NCBI GenBank assembly: GCA_032718475.1
Contig: JAUCBJ010006714.1
Location: 101,162-165,161, forward strand
Direction: 5' to 3'
Length of the DNA: 64,000 bases
Source: Nemertoderma westbladi
Taxonomy: Eukaryota > Animalia > Xenacoelomorpha
In this document: one piece after another, positions 1 through 14,500 of the stretch
Numbering within the stretch: the stretch's first letter is position 1
Layout of the letters: each line of letters opens with the position of its first letter
Program-made: the position numbers and the translations under genes
The notes under the pieces: model-generated
The model's input: only the letters and a program-made list of their open reading frames with translations
Database searches by the model: none
What the model was told of the DNA's origin: nothing

Positions 1-215
1 GTTTTAGCCACTAACCGTAATGTAACAACATCTACGCGTTTTAGTTTTAGCCACTATCCGTAATGTAACAACATCTACGCGTTTTAGTTTTAGCCACTAA
101 CCGTAATGTAACAACGTCTACGCGTTTTAGTTTTAGCCACTATCCGTAATGTAACAACATCTACGCGTTTTAGTTTTAGCCACTATCCGTAATGTAACAA
201 CATCTACGCGTTTTA

Positions 216-3200
216 GTTTTAGCCACTAACCGTAATGTAACAACGTCTACGCGTTTTAGTTTTAGCCACTATCCGTAATGTAACAACATCTACGCGTTTT
301 AGTTTTAGCCACTATCCGTAATGTAACAACATCTACGCGTTTTAGTTTTAGCCACTATCCGTAATGTAACAACATCTACGCGTTTTAGTTTTAGCCACTA
401 ACCGTAATGTCACGACGTCTACGCGTTTTAGTTTTAGCCACTATCCGTAATGTAACAACGTCTACGCGTTTTAGTTTTAGCCACTATCCGTAATGTAACA
501 ACGTCTACGCGTTTTAGTTTTAGCCACTATCCGTAATGTAACAACGTCTACGCGTTTTAGTTTTAGCCACTAACCGTAATGTAACAACGTCTACGCGTTT
601 TAGTTTTAGCCACTATCCGTAATGTAACAACATCTACGCGTTTTAGTTTTAGCCACTATCCGTAATGTAACAACATCTACGCGTTTTAGTTTTAGCCACT
701 ATCCGTAATGTAACAACATCTACGCGTTTTAGTTTTAGCCACTAACCGTAATGTCACGACGTCTACGCGTTTTAGTTTTAGCCACTATCCGTAATGTAAC
801 AACGTCTACGCGTTTTAGTTTTAGCCACTATCCGTAATGTAACAACGTCTACGCGTTTTAGTTTTAGCCACTATCCGTAATGTCCCAACGTCTACGCGTT
901 TTAGTTTTAGCCACTATCCGTAATGTAACAACATCTATGCGTTTTAGTTTTAGCCACTATCCGTAATGTAACAACATCTACGCGTTTTAGTTTTAGCCAC
1001 TATCCGTAATGTAACAACATCTACGCGTTTTAGTTTTAGCCACTATCCGTAATGTAACAACATCTACGCGTTTTAGTTTTAGCCACTATCCGTAATGTAA
1101 CAACATCTACGCGTTTTAGTTTTAGCCACTAACCGTAATGTCACGACGTCTACGCGTTTTAGTTTTAGCCACTATCCGTAATGTAACAACATCTACGCGT
1201 TTTAGTTTTAGCCACTATCCGTAATGTCCCAACGTCTACGCGTTTTAGTTTTAGCCACTATCCGTAATGTAACAACATCTACGCGTTTTAGTTTTAGCCA
1301 CTATCCGTAATGTAACAACATCTACGCGTTTTAGTTTTAGCCACTATCCGTAATGTAACAACATCTACGCGTTTTAGTTTTAGCCACTAACCGTAATGTC
1401 ACGACGTCTACGCGTTTTAGTTTTAGCCACTATCCGTAATGTCCCAACGTCTACGCGTTTTAGTTTTAGCCACTATCCGTAATGTAACAACATCTACGCG
1501 TTTTAGTTTTAGCCACTAACCGTAATGTCACGACGTCTACGCGTTTTAGTTTTAGCCACTAACCGTAATGTAACAACGTCTACGCGTTTTAGTTTTAGCC
1601 ACTATCCGTAATGTAACAACATCTACGCGTTTTAGTTTTAGCCACTAACCGTAATGTAACAACGTCTACGCGTTTTAGTTTTAGCCACTATCCGTAATGT
1701 CACAACATCTACGCGTTTTAGTTTTAGCCACTAACCGTAATGTAACAACGTCTACGCGTTTTAGTTTTAGCCACTATCCGTAATGTCACAACATCTACGC
1801 GTTTTAGTTTTAGCCACTAACCGTAATGTCACAACGTCTACACGTTTTAGTTTTAGCCACTATCCGTAATGTCCCAACGTCTACGCGTTTTAGTTTTAGC
1901 CACTATCCGTAATGTAACAACATCTACGCGTTTTAGTTTTAGCCACTAACCGTAATGTAACAACGTCTACGCGTTTTAGTTTTAGCCACTATCCGTAATG
2001 TCACAACATCTACGCGTTTTAGTTTTAGCCACTAACCGTAATGTCACAACGTCTACGCGTTTTAGTTTTAGCCACTAACCGTAATGTCACGACGTCTACG
2101 CGTTTTAGTTTTAGCCACTATCCGTAATGTCACAACATCTACGCGTTTTAGTTTTAGCCACTATCCGTAATGTAACAACGTCTACGCGTTTTAGTTTTAG
2201 CCACTAACCGTAATGTCACAACGTCTACGCGTTTTAGTTTTAGCCACTATCCGTAATGTAACAACGTCTACGCGTTTTAGTTTTAGCCACTAACCGTAAT
2301 GTCACGACGTCTACGCGTTTTAGTTTTAGCCACTAACCGTAATGTCACGACGTCAACGCGTTTTAGTTTTAGCCACTATCCGTAATGTAACAACGTCTAC
2401 GCGTTTTAGTTTTAGCCACTATCCGTAATGTAACAACGTCTACGCGTTTTAGTTTTAGCCACTATCCGTAATGTAACAACATCTACGCGTTTTAGTTTTA
2501 GCCACTATCCGTAATGTCACAACGTCTACGCGTTTTAGTTTTAGCCACTAACCGTAATGTCACGACGTCTACGCGTTTTAGTTTTAGCCACTATCCGTAA
2601 TGTCCCAACGTCTACGCGTTTTAGTTTTAGCCACTATCCGTAATGTAACAACGTCTACGCGTTTTAGTTTTAGCCACTATCCGTAATGTAACAACGTCTA
2701 CGCGTTTTAGTTTTAGCCACTATCCGTAATGTAACAACGTCTACGCGTTTTAGTTTTAGCCACTATCCGTAATGTAACAACGTCTACGCGTTTTAGTTTT
2801 AGCCACTATCCGTAATGTAACAACATCTACGCGTTTTAGTTTTAGCCACTATCCGTAATGTAACAACGTCTACGCGTTTTAGTTTTAGCCACTATCCGTA
2901 ATGTAACAACATCTACGCGTTTTAGTTTTAGCCACTATCCGTAATGTAACAACATCTACGCGTTTTAGTTTTAGCCACTATCCGTAATGTCACAACGTCT
3001 ACGCGTTTTAGTTTTAGCCACTATCCGTAATGTAACAACGTCTACGCGTTTTAGTTTTAGCCACTATCCGTAATGTAACAACGTCTACGCGTTTTAGTTT
3101 TAGCCACTATCCGTAATGTAACAACGTCTACGCGTTTTAGTTTTAGCCACTATCCGTAATGTAACAACGTCTACGCGTTTTAGTTTTAGCCACTATCCGT

Positions 3201-4990
3201 AATGTAACAACGTCTACGCGTTTTAGTTTTAGCCACTATCCGTAATGTAACAACGTCTACGCGTTTTAGTTTTAGCCACTAACCGTAATGTAACAACGTC
3301 TACGTGTTTTAGTTTTAGCCACTATCCGTAATGTCACGACGTCTACGCGTTTTAGTTTTAGCCACTATCCGTAATGTAACAACATCTACGTGTTTTAGTT
3401 TTAGCCACTAACCGTAATGTAACAACGTCTACGCGTTTTAGTTTTAGCCACTAACCGTAATGTCACAACGTCTACGCGTTTTAGTTTTAGCCACTATCCG
3501 TAATGTCCCAACGTCTACGCGTTTTAGTTTTAGCCACTATCCGTAATGTAACAACATCTACGCGTTTTAGTTTTAGCCACTATCCGTAATGTCCCAACGT
3601 CTACGCGTTTTAGTTTTAGCCACTATCCGTAATGTAACAACATCTACGCGTTTTAGTTTTAGCCACTATCCGTAATGTCCCAACGTCTACGCGTTTTAGT
3701 TTTAGCCACTATCCGTAATGTCCCAACGTCTACGCGTTTTAGTTTTAGCCACTATCCGTAATGTAACAACATCTACGCGTTTTAGTTTTAGCCACTATCC
3801 GTAATGTCCCAACGTCTACGCGTTTTAGTTTTAGCCACTATCCGTAATGTAACAACGTCTACGCGTTTTAGTTTTAGCCACTATCCGTAATGTAACAACA
3901 TCTACGCGTTTTAGTTTTAGCCACTATCCGTAATGTAACAACGTCTACGCGTTTTAGTTTTAGCCACTATCCGTAATGTCCCAACGTCTACGCGTTTTAG
4001 TTTTAGCCACTATCCGTAATGTAACAACATCTACGCGTTTTAGTTTTAGCCACTATCCGTAATGTCCCAACGTCTACGCGTTTTAGTTTTAGCCACTATC
4101 CGTAATGTAACAACATCTACGCGTTTTAGTTTTAGCCACTAACCGTAATGTCACGACGTCTACGCGTTTTAGTTTTAGCCACTAACCGTAATGTAACAAC
4201 GTCTACGCGTTTTAGTTTTAGCCACTATCCGTAATGTAACAACGTCTACGCGTTTTAGTTTTAGCCACTATCCGTAATGTAACAACGTCTACGCGTTTTA
4301 GTTTTAGCCACTAACCGTAATGTCACGACGTCTACGCGTTTTAGTTTTAGCCACTAACCGTAATGTAACAACGTCTACGCGTTTTAGTTTTAGCCACTAT
4401 CCGTAATGTAACAACATCTACGCGTTTTAGTTTTAGCCACTAACCGTAATGTCACAACGTCTACGCGTTTTAGTTTTAGCCACTAACCGTAATGTCACGA
4501 CGTCTACGCGTTTTAGTTTTAGCCACTATCCGTAATGTAACAACGTCTACGCGTTTTAGTTTTAGCCACTATCCGTAATGTAACAACATCTACGCGTTTT
4601 AGTTTTAGCCACTATCCGTAATGTAACAACGTCTACGCGTTTTAGTTTTAGCCACTATCCGTAATGTAACAACATCTACGTGTTTTAGTTTTAGCCACTA
4701 TCCGTAATGTAACAACATCTACGCGTTTTAGTTTTAGCCACTATCCGTAATGTAACAACGTCTACGCGTTTTAGTTTTAGCCACTATCCGTAATGTAACA
4801 ACATCTACGCGTTTTAGTTTTAGCCACTATCCGTAATGTAACAACGTCTACGCGTTTTAGTTTTAGCCACTATCCGTAATGTAACAACATCTACGCGTTT
4901 TAGTTTTAGCCACTATCCGTAATGTAACAACGTCTACGCGTTTTAGTTTTAGCCACTATCCGTAATGTAACAACGTCTACGCGTTTTAGT
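216..4990. repeat. Copy 1 of a ~5 kb segmental duplication within the array (right end approximate)
   Basis: The order of unit variants from 216 matches that from 11567. The rare CGTCAACGCG marker sits at 2351 and 13702 (offset 11351 = 264 units minus 1 bp). Confidence 0.85.
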
Positions 4991-7051
4991 TTTAGCCACT
5001 ATCCGTAATGTAACAACATCTACGCGTTTTAGTTTTAGCCACTATCCGTAATGTAACAACGTCTACACGTTTTAGTTTTAGCCACTATCCGTAATGTAAC
5101 AACATCTACGCGTTTTAGTTTTAGCCACTATCCGTAATGTAACAACATCTACGCGTTTTAGTTTTAGCCACTATCCGTAATGTAACAACATCTACGCGTT
5201 TTAGTTTTAGCCACTATCCGTAATGTCACGACGTCTACGCGTTTTAGTTTTAGCCACTATCCGTAATGTCACGACGTCTACGCGTTTTAGTTTTAGCCAC
5301 TAACCGTAATGTAACAACATCTACGCGTTTTAGTTTTAGCCACTATCCGTAATGTAACAACGTCTACGCGTTTTAGTTTTAGCCACTATCCGTAATGTAA
5401 CAACGTCTACGCGTTTTAGTTTTAGCCACTATCCGTAATGTAACAACGTCTACGCGTTTTAGTTTTAGCCACTATCCGTAATGTAACAACGTCTACGCGT
5501 TTTAGTTTTAGCCACCAACCGTAATGTCACAACGTCTACGCGTTTTAGTTTTAGCCACTAACCGTAATGTCCCAACGTCTACGCGTTTTAGTTTTAGCCA
5601 CTATCCGTAATGTAACAACGTCTACGCGTTTTAGTTTTAGCCACTATCCGTAATGTAACAACGTCTACGCGTTTTAGTTTTAGCCACTATCCGTAATGTA
5701 ACAACGTCTACGCGTTTTAGTTTTAGCCACTATCCGTAATGTAACAACGTCTACGCGTTTTAGTTTTAGCCACTATCCGTAATGTAACAACATCTACGCG
5801 TTTTAGTTTTAGCCACCAACCGTAATGTCACGACGTCAACGCCTTTTAGTTTTAGCCACTATCCGTAATGTCCCAACGTCTACGCGTTTTAGTTTTAGCC
5901 ACTATCCGTAATGTCACAACGTCTACGCGTTTTAGTTTTAGCCACTATCCGTAATGTAACAACGTCTACGGTTTTAGTTTTAGCCACTATCCGTAATGTA
6001 ACAACATCTACGCGTTTTAGTTTTAGCCACTATCCGTAATGTCACAACGTCTACGCGTTTTAGTTTTAGCCACTATCCGTAATGTAACAACGTCTACACG
6101 TTTTAGTTTTAGCCACTATCCGTAATGTCACAACGTCTACGCGTTTTAGTTTTAGCCACTATCCGTAATGTCACAACGTCTACGCGTTTTAGTTTTAGCC
6201 ACTAACCGTAATGTCACAACGTCTACGCGTTTTAGTTTTAGCCACTAACCGTAATGTCACAACGTCTACGCGTTTTAGTTTTAGCCACTAACCGTAATGT
6301 CACAACGTCTACGCGTTTTAGTTTTAGCCACTATCCGTAATGTAACAACGTCTACGCGTTTTAGTTTTAGCCACTATCCGTAATGTAACAACGTCTACGC
6401 GTTTTAGTTTTAGCCACTATCCGTAATGTAACAACGTCTACGCGTTTTAGTTTTAGCCACTATCCGTAATGTAACAACGTCTACGCGTTTTAGTTTTAGC
6501 CACTATCCGTAATGTAACAACATCTACGCGTTTTAGTTTTAGCCACTATCCGTAATGTCACAACGTCTACGCGTTTTAGTTTTAGCCACTATCCGTAATG
6601 TAACAACGTCTACACGTTTTAGTTTTAGCCACCAACCGTAATGTCACAACGTCTACGCGTTTTAGTTTTAGCCACTATCCGTAATGTCACAACGTCTACG
6701 CGTTTTAGTTTTAGCCACTAACCGTAATGTCACAACGTCTACGCGTTTTAGTTTTAGCCACTAACCGTAATGTCACAACGTCTACGCGTTTTAGTTTTAG
6801 CCACTATCCGTAATGTAACAACGTCTACGCGTTTTAGTTTTAGCCACTATCCGTAATGTAACAACGTCTACGCGTTTTAGTTTTAGCCACTATCCGTAAT
6901 GTAACAACGTCTACGCGTTTTAGTTTTAGCCACTATCCGTAATGTAACAACGTCTACGCGTTTTAGTTTTAGCCACTATCCGTAATGTAACAACGTCTAC
7001 GCGTTTTAGTTTTAGCCACTAACCGTAATGTCACGACGTCTACGCGTTTTA

Positions 7052-7567
7052 GTTTTAGCCACTATCCGTAATGTAACAACGTCTACACGTTTTAGTTTTA
7101 GCCACCAACCGTAATGTCACAACGTCTACGCGTTTTAGTTTTAGCCACCAACCGTAATGTCACAACGTCTACGCGTTTTAGTTTTAGCCACTATCCGTAA
7201 TGTAACAACGTCTACACGTTTTAGTTTTAGCCACCAACCGTAATGTCACAACGTCTACGCGTTTTAGTTTTAGCCACCAACCGTAATGTCACAACGTCTA
7301 CGCGTTTTAGTTTTAGCCACTATCCGTAATGTAACAACGTCTACACGTTTTAGTTTTAGCCACCAACCGTAATGTCACAACGTCTACGCGTTTTAGTTTT
7401 AGCCACCAACCGTAATGTCACAACGTCTACGCGTTTTAGTTTTAGCCACTATCCGTAATGTAACAACGTCTACACGTTTTAGTTTTAGCCACCAACCGTA
7501 ATGTCACAACGTCTACGCGTTTTAGTTTTAGCCACCAACCGTAATGTCACAACGTCTACGCGTTTTA
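7052..7567. repeat. 3-unit (129-bp) higher-order repeat, 4 copies
   Basis: GTCTACACGT at 7081, 7210, 7339 and 7468, each followed by two CCACCAACC...CACAAC units. Confidence 0.9.
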
Positions 7568-9502
7568 GTTTTAGCCACTATCCGTAATGTCACAACGTCT
7601 ACGCGTTTTAGTTTTAGCCACTAACCGTAATGTAACAACGTCTACGCGTTTTAGTTTTAGCCACTATCCGTAATGTAACAACATCTACGCGTTTTAGTTT
7701 TAGCCACTAACCGTAATGTCACGACGTCTACGCGTTTTAGTTTTAGCCACTATCCGTAATGTAACAACGTCTACGCGTTTTAGTTTTAGCCACTAACCGT
7801 AATGTAACAACATCTACGCGTTTTAGTTTTAGCCACTAACCGTAATGTCACAACGTCTACGCGTTTTAGTTTTAGCCACTATCCGTAATGTAACAACGTC
7901 TACGCGTTTTAGTTTTAGCCACTATCCGTAATGTAACAACGTCTACGCGTTTTAGTTTTAGCCACTAACCGTAATGTCACGACGTCTACGCGTTTTAGTT
8001 TTAGCCACTATCCGTAATGTCCCAACGTCTACGCGTTTTAGTTTTAGCCACTAACCGTAATGTCACAACGTCTACGCGTTTTAGTTTTAGCCACTAACCG
8101 TAATGTCACAACGTCTACGCGTTTTAGTTTTAGCCACTAACCGTAATGTCACAACGTCTACGCGTTTTAGTTTTAGCCACTATCCGTAATGTCCCAACGT
8201 CTACGCGTTTTAGTTTTAGCCACTATCCGTAATGTAACAACGTCTACGCGTTTTAGTTTTAGCCACTATCCGTAATGTAACAACGTCTACGCGTTTTAGT
8301 TTTAGCCACTAACCGTAATGTCACAACGTCTACGCGTTTTAGTTTTAGCCACTATCCGTAATGTAACAACATCTACGCGTTTTAGTTTTAGCCACTAACC
8401 GTAATGTAACAACGTCTACGCGTTTTAGTTTTAGCCACTAACCGTAATGTAACAACGTCTACGCGTTTTAGTTTTAGCCACTAACCGTAATGTCACAACG
8501 TCTACGCGTTTTAGTTTTAGCCACTATCCGTAATGTAACAACGTCTACGCGTTTTAGTTTTAGCCACTATCCGTAATGTAACAACATCTACGCGTTTTAG
8601 TTTTAGCCACTATCCGTAATGTCCCAACGTCTACGCGTTTTAGTTTTAGCCACTAACCGTAATGTCACGACGTCTACGCGTTTTAGTTTTAGCCACTATC
8701 CGTAATGTCCCAACGTCTACGCGTTTTAGTTTTAGCCACTATCCGTAATGTCCCAACGTCTACGCGTTTTAGTTTTAGCCACTATCCGTAATGTAACAAC
8801 GTCTACGCGTTTTAGTTTTAGCCACTAACCGTAATGTCACAACGTCTACGCGTTTTAGTTTTAGCCACTAACCGTAATGTCACAACGTCTACGCGTTTTA
8901 GTTTTAGCCACTATCCGTAATGTAACAACGTCTACGCGTTTTAGTTTTAGCCACTATCCGTAATGTAACAACATCTACGCGTTTTAGTTTTAGCCACTAT
9001 CCGTAATGTCCCAACGTCTACGCGTTTTAGTTTTAGCCACTAACCGTAATGTCACGACGTCTACGCGTTTTAGTTTTAGCCACTATCCGTAATGTCCCAA
9101 CGTCTACGCGTTTTAGTTTTAGCCACTATCCGTAATGTCCCAACGTCTACGCGTTTTAGTTTTAGCCACTATCCGTAATGTAACAACGTCTACGCGTTTT
9201 AGTTTTAGCCACTAACCGTAATGTCACAACGTCTACGCGTTTTAGTTTTAGCCACTATCCGTAATGTCCCAACGTCTACGCGTTTTAGTTTTAGCCACTA
9301 TCCGTAATGTAACAACGTCTACGCGTTTTAGTTTTAGCCACTATCCGTAATGTAACAACATCTACGCGTTTTAGTTTTAGCCACTATCCGTAATGTCACA
9401 ACGTTTAAGCGTTTTAGTTTTAGCCACTATCCGTAATGTAACAACATCTACGCGTTTTAGTTTTAGCCACTATCCGTAATGTAACAACGTCTACGCGTTT
9501 TA

Positions 9503-10233
9503 GTTTTAGCCACTATCCGTAATGTCCCAACGTCTACGCGTTTTAGTTTTAGCCACTATCCGTAATGTAACAACATCTACGCGTTTTAGTTTTAGCCACT
9601 ATCCGTAATGTCACAACGTCTACGCGTTTTAGTTTTAGCCACTAACCGTAATGTCCCAACGTCTACGCGTTTTAGTTTTAGCCACTATCCGTAATGTAAC
9701 AACATCTACGCGTTTTAGTTTTAGCCACTATCCGTAATGTCACAACGTCTACGCGTTTTAGTTTTAGCCACTATCCGTAATGTCCCAACGTCTACGCGTT
9801 TTAGTTTTAGCCACTATCCGTAATGTAACAACATCTACGCGTTTTAGTTTTAGCCACTATCCGTAATGTCACAACGTCTACGCCTTTTAGTTTTAGCCAC
9901 TATCCGTAATGTCCCAACGTCTACGCGTTTTAGTTTTAGCCACTATCCGTAATGTAACAACATCTACGCGTTTTAGTTTTAGCCACTATCCGTAATGTCA
10001 CAACGTCTACGCGTTTTAGTTTTAGCCACTATCCGTAATGTCCCAACGTCTACGCGTTTTAGTTTTAGCCACTATCCGTAATGTAACAACATCTACGCGT
10101 TTTAGTTTTAGCCACTATCCGTAATGTCACAACGTCTACGCGTTTTAGTTTTAGCCACTATCCGTAATGTCCCAACGTCTACGCGTTTTAGTTTTAGCCA
10201 CTATCCGTAATGTAACAACATCTACGCGTTTTA
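9503..10233. repeat. 3-unit (129-bp) higher-order repeat, ~5.7 copies
   Basis: Cycle of CCCAACG / AACAACA / CACAACG units, with CCCA at 9526, 9655, 9784, 9913, 10042 and 10171. Confidence 0.85.
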
Positions 10234-11566
10234 GTTTTAGCCACTAACCGTAATGTCACGACGTCTACGCGTTTTAGTTTTAGCCACTATCCGTAATGTC
10301 CCAACGTCTACGCGTTTTAGTTTTAGCCACTATCCGTAATGTAACAACATCTACGCGTTTTAGTTTTAGCCACTAACCGTAATGTCACGACGTCTACGCG
10401 TTTTAGTTTTAGCCACTAACCGTAATGTAACAACGTCTACGCGTTTTAGTTTTAGCCACTATCCGTAATGTAACAACATCTACGCGTTTTAGTTTTAGCC
10501 ACTAACCGTAATGTAACAACGTCTACGCGTTTTAGTTTTAGCCACTATCCGTAATGTCACAACATCTACGCGTTTTAGTTTTAGCCACTAACCGTAATGT
10601 AACAACGTCTACGCGTTTTAGTTTTAGCCACTATCCGTAATGTCACAACATCTACGCGTTTTAGTTTTAGCCACTAACCGTAATGTCACAACGTCTACGC
10701 GTTTTAGTTTTAGCCACTAACCGTAATGTAACAACGTCTACGCGTTTTAGTTTTAGCCACTATCCGTAATGTCACAACATCTACGCGTTTTAGTTTTAGC
10801 CACTAACCGTAATGTAACAACGTCTACGCGTTTTAGTTTTAGCCACTAACCGTAATGTCACAACGTCTACGCGTTTTAGTTTTAGCCACTAACCGTAATG
10901 TCACAACGTCTACGCGTTTTAGTTTTAGCCACTATCCGTAATGTAACAACGTCTACGCGTTTTAGTTTTAGCCACTATCCGTAATGTAACAACATCTACG
11001 CGTTTTAGTTTTAGCCACTATCCGTAATGTCCCAACGTCTACGCGTTTTAGTTTTAGCCACTAACCGTAATGTCACGACGTCTACGCGTTTTAGTTTTAG
11101 CCACTATCCGTAATGTCCCAACGTCTACGCGTTTTAGTTTTAGCCACTATCCGTAATGTCCCAACGTCTACGCGTTTTAGTTTTAGCCACTATCCGTAAT
11201 GTAACAACGTCTACGCGTTTTAGTTTTAGCCACTAACCGTAATGTCACAACGTCTACGCGTTTTAGTTTTAGCCACTATCCGTAATGTCCCAACGTCTAC
11301 GCGTTTTAGTTTTAGCCACTATCCGTAATGTAACAACGTCTACGCGTTTTAGTTTTAGCCACTATCCGTAATGTAACAACATCTACGCGTTTTAGTTTTA
11401 GCCACTATCCGTAATGTCACAACGTTTAAGCGTTTTAGTTTTAGCCACTATCCGTAATGTAACAACATCTACGCGTTTTAGTTTTAGCCACTATCCGTAA
11501 TGTAACAACGTCTACGCGTTTTAGTTTTAGCCACTATCCGTAATGTCCCAACGTCTACGCGTTTTA

Positions 11567-14500
11567 GTTTTAGCCACTAACCGTAATGTAACAACGTCTA
11601 CGCGTTTTAGTTTTAGCCACTATCCGTAATGTAACAACATCTACGCGTTTTAGTTTTAGCCACTATCCGTAATGTAACAACATCTACGCGTTTTAGTTTT
11701 AGCCACTATCCGTAATGTAACAACATCTACGCGTTTTAGTTTTAGCCACTAACCGTAATGTCACGACGTCTACGCGTTTTAGTTTTAGCCACTATCCGTA
11801 ATGTAACAACGTCTACGCGTTTTAGTTTTAGCCACTATCCGTAATGTAACAACGTCTACGCGTTTTAGTTTTAGCCACTATCCGTAATGTAACAACGTCT
11901 ACGCGTTTTAGTTTTAGCCACTAACCGTAATGTAACAACGTCTACGCGTTTTAGTTTTAGCCACTATCCGTAATGTAACAACATCTACGCGTTTTAGTTT
12001 TAGCCACTATCCGTAATGTAACAACATCTACGCGTTTTAGTTTTAGCCACTATCCGTAATGTAACAACATCTACGCGTTTTAGTTTTAGCCACTAACCGT
12101 AATGTCACGACGTCTACGCGTTTTAGTTTTAGCCACTATCCGTAATGTAACAACGTCTACGCGTTTTAGTTTTAGCCACTATCCGTAATGTAACAACGTC
12201 TACGCGTTTTAGTTTTAGCCACTATCCGTAATGTCCCAACGTCTACGCGTTTTAGTTTTAGCCACTATCCGTAATGTAACAACATCTACGCGTTTTAGTT
12301 TTAGCCACTATCCGTAATGTAACAACATCTACGCGTTTTAGTTTTAGCCACTATCCGTAATGTAACAACATCTACGCGTTTTAGTTTTAGCCACTATCCG
12401 TAATGTAACAACATCTACGCGTTTTAGTTTTAGCCACTATCCGTAATGTAACAACATCTACGCGTTTTAGTTTTAGCCACTAACCGTAATGTCACGACGT
12501 CTACGCGTTTTAGTTTTAGCCACTATCCGTAATGTAACAACATCTACGCGTTTTAGTTTTAGCCACTATCCGTAATGTCCCAACGTCTACGCGTTTTAGT
12601 TTTAGCCACTATCCGTAATGTAACAACATCTACGCGTTTTAGTTTTAGCCACTATCCGTAATGTAACAACATCTACGCGTTTTAGTTTTAGCCACTATCC
12701 GTAATGTAACAACATCTACGCGTTTTAGTTTTAGCCACTAACCGTAATGTCACGACGTCTACGCGTTTTAGTTTTAGCCACTATCCGTAATGTCCCAACG
12801 TCTACGCGTTTTAGTTTTAGCCACTATCCGTAATGTAACAACATCTACGCGTTTTAGTTTTAGCCACTAACCGTAATGTCACGACGTCTACGCGTTTTAG
12901 TTTTAGCCACTAACCGTAATGTAACAACGTCTACGCGTTTTAGTTTTAGCCACTATCCGTAATGTAACAACATCTACGCGTTTTAGTTTTAGCCACTAAC
13001 CGTAATGTAACAACGTCTACGCGTTTTAGTTTTAGCCACTATCCGTAATGTCACAACATCTACGCGTTTTAGTTTTAGCCACTAACCGTAATGTAACAAC
13101 GTCTACGCGTTTTAGTTTTAGCCACTATCCGTAATGTCACAACATCTACGCGTTTTAGTTTTAGCCACTAACCGTAATGTCACAACGTCTACGCGTTTTA
13201 GTTTTAGCCACTATCCGTAATGTCCCAACGTCTACGCGTTTTAGTTTTAGCCACTATCCGTAATGTAACAACATCTACGCGTTTTAGTTTTAGCCACTAA
13301 CCGTAATGTAACAACGTCTACGCGTTTTAGTTTTAGCCACTATCCGTAATGTCACAACATCTACGCGTTTTAGTTTTAGCCACTAACCGTAATGTCACAA
13401 CGTCTACGCGTTTTAGTTTTAGCCACTAACCGTAATGTCACGACGTCTACGCGTTTTAGTTTTAGCCACTATCCGTAATGTCACAACATCTACGCGTTTT
13501 AGTTTTAGCCACTATCCGTAATGTAACAACGTCTACGCGTTTTAGTTTTAGCCACTAACCGTAATGTCACAACGTCTACGCGTTTTAGTTTTAGCCACTA
13601 TCCGTAATGTAACAACGTCTACGCGTTTTAGTTTTAGCCACTAACCGTAATGTCACGACGTCTACGCGTTTTAGTTTTAGCCACTAACCGTAATGTCACG
13701 ACGTCAACGCGTTTTAGTTTTAGCCACTATCCGTAATGTAACAACGTCTACGCGTTTTAGTTTTAGCCACTATCCGTAATGTAACAACGTCTACGCGTTT
13801 TAGTTTTAGCCACTATCCGTAATGTAACAACATCTACGCGTTTTAGTTTTAGCCACTATCCGTAATGTCACAACGTCTACGCGTTTTAGTTTTAGCCACT
13901 AACCGTAATGTCACGACGTCTACGCGTTTTAGTTTTAGCCACTATCCGTAATGTCCCAACGTCTACGCGTTTTAGTTTTAGCCACTATCCGTAATGTAAC
14001 AACGTCTACGCGTTTTAGTTTTAGCCACTATCCGTAATGTAACAACGTCTACGCGTTTTAGTTTTAGCCACTATCCGTAATGTAACAACGTCTACGCGTT
14101 TTAGTTTTAGCCACTATCCGTAATGTAACAACGTCTACGCGTTTTAGTTTTAGCCACTATCCGTAATGTAACAACATCTACGCGTTTTAGTTTTAGCCAC
14201 TATCCGTAATGTAACAACATCTACGCGTTTTAGTTTTAGCCACTATCCGTAATGTAACAACATCTACGCGTTTTAGTTTTAGCCACTATCCGTAATGTCA
14301 CAACGTCTACGCGTTTTAGTTTTAGCCACTATCCGTAATGTAACAACGTCTACGCGTTTTAGTTTTAGCCACTATCCGTAATGTAACAACGTCTACGCGT
14401 TTTAGTTTTAGCCACTATCCGTAATGTAACAACGTCTACGCGTTTTAGTTTTAGCCACTATCCGTAATGTCCCAACGTCTACGCGTTTTAGTTTTAGCCA

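Noticed and set aside
34-39. ACGCGT as a yeast MluI cell-cycle box repeated in most units
   Set aside because: The host is unknown, there is no promoter context, and the site is freely lost in the TACGTG domain.
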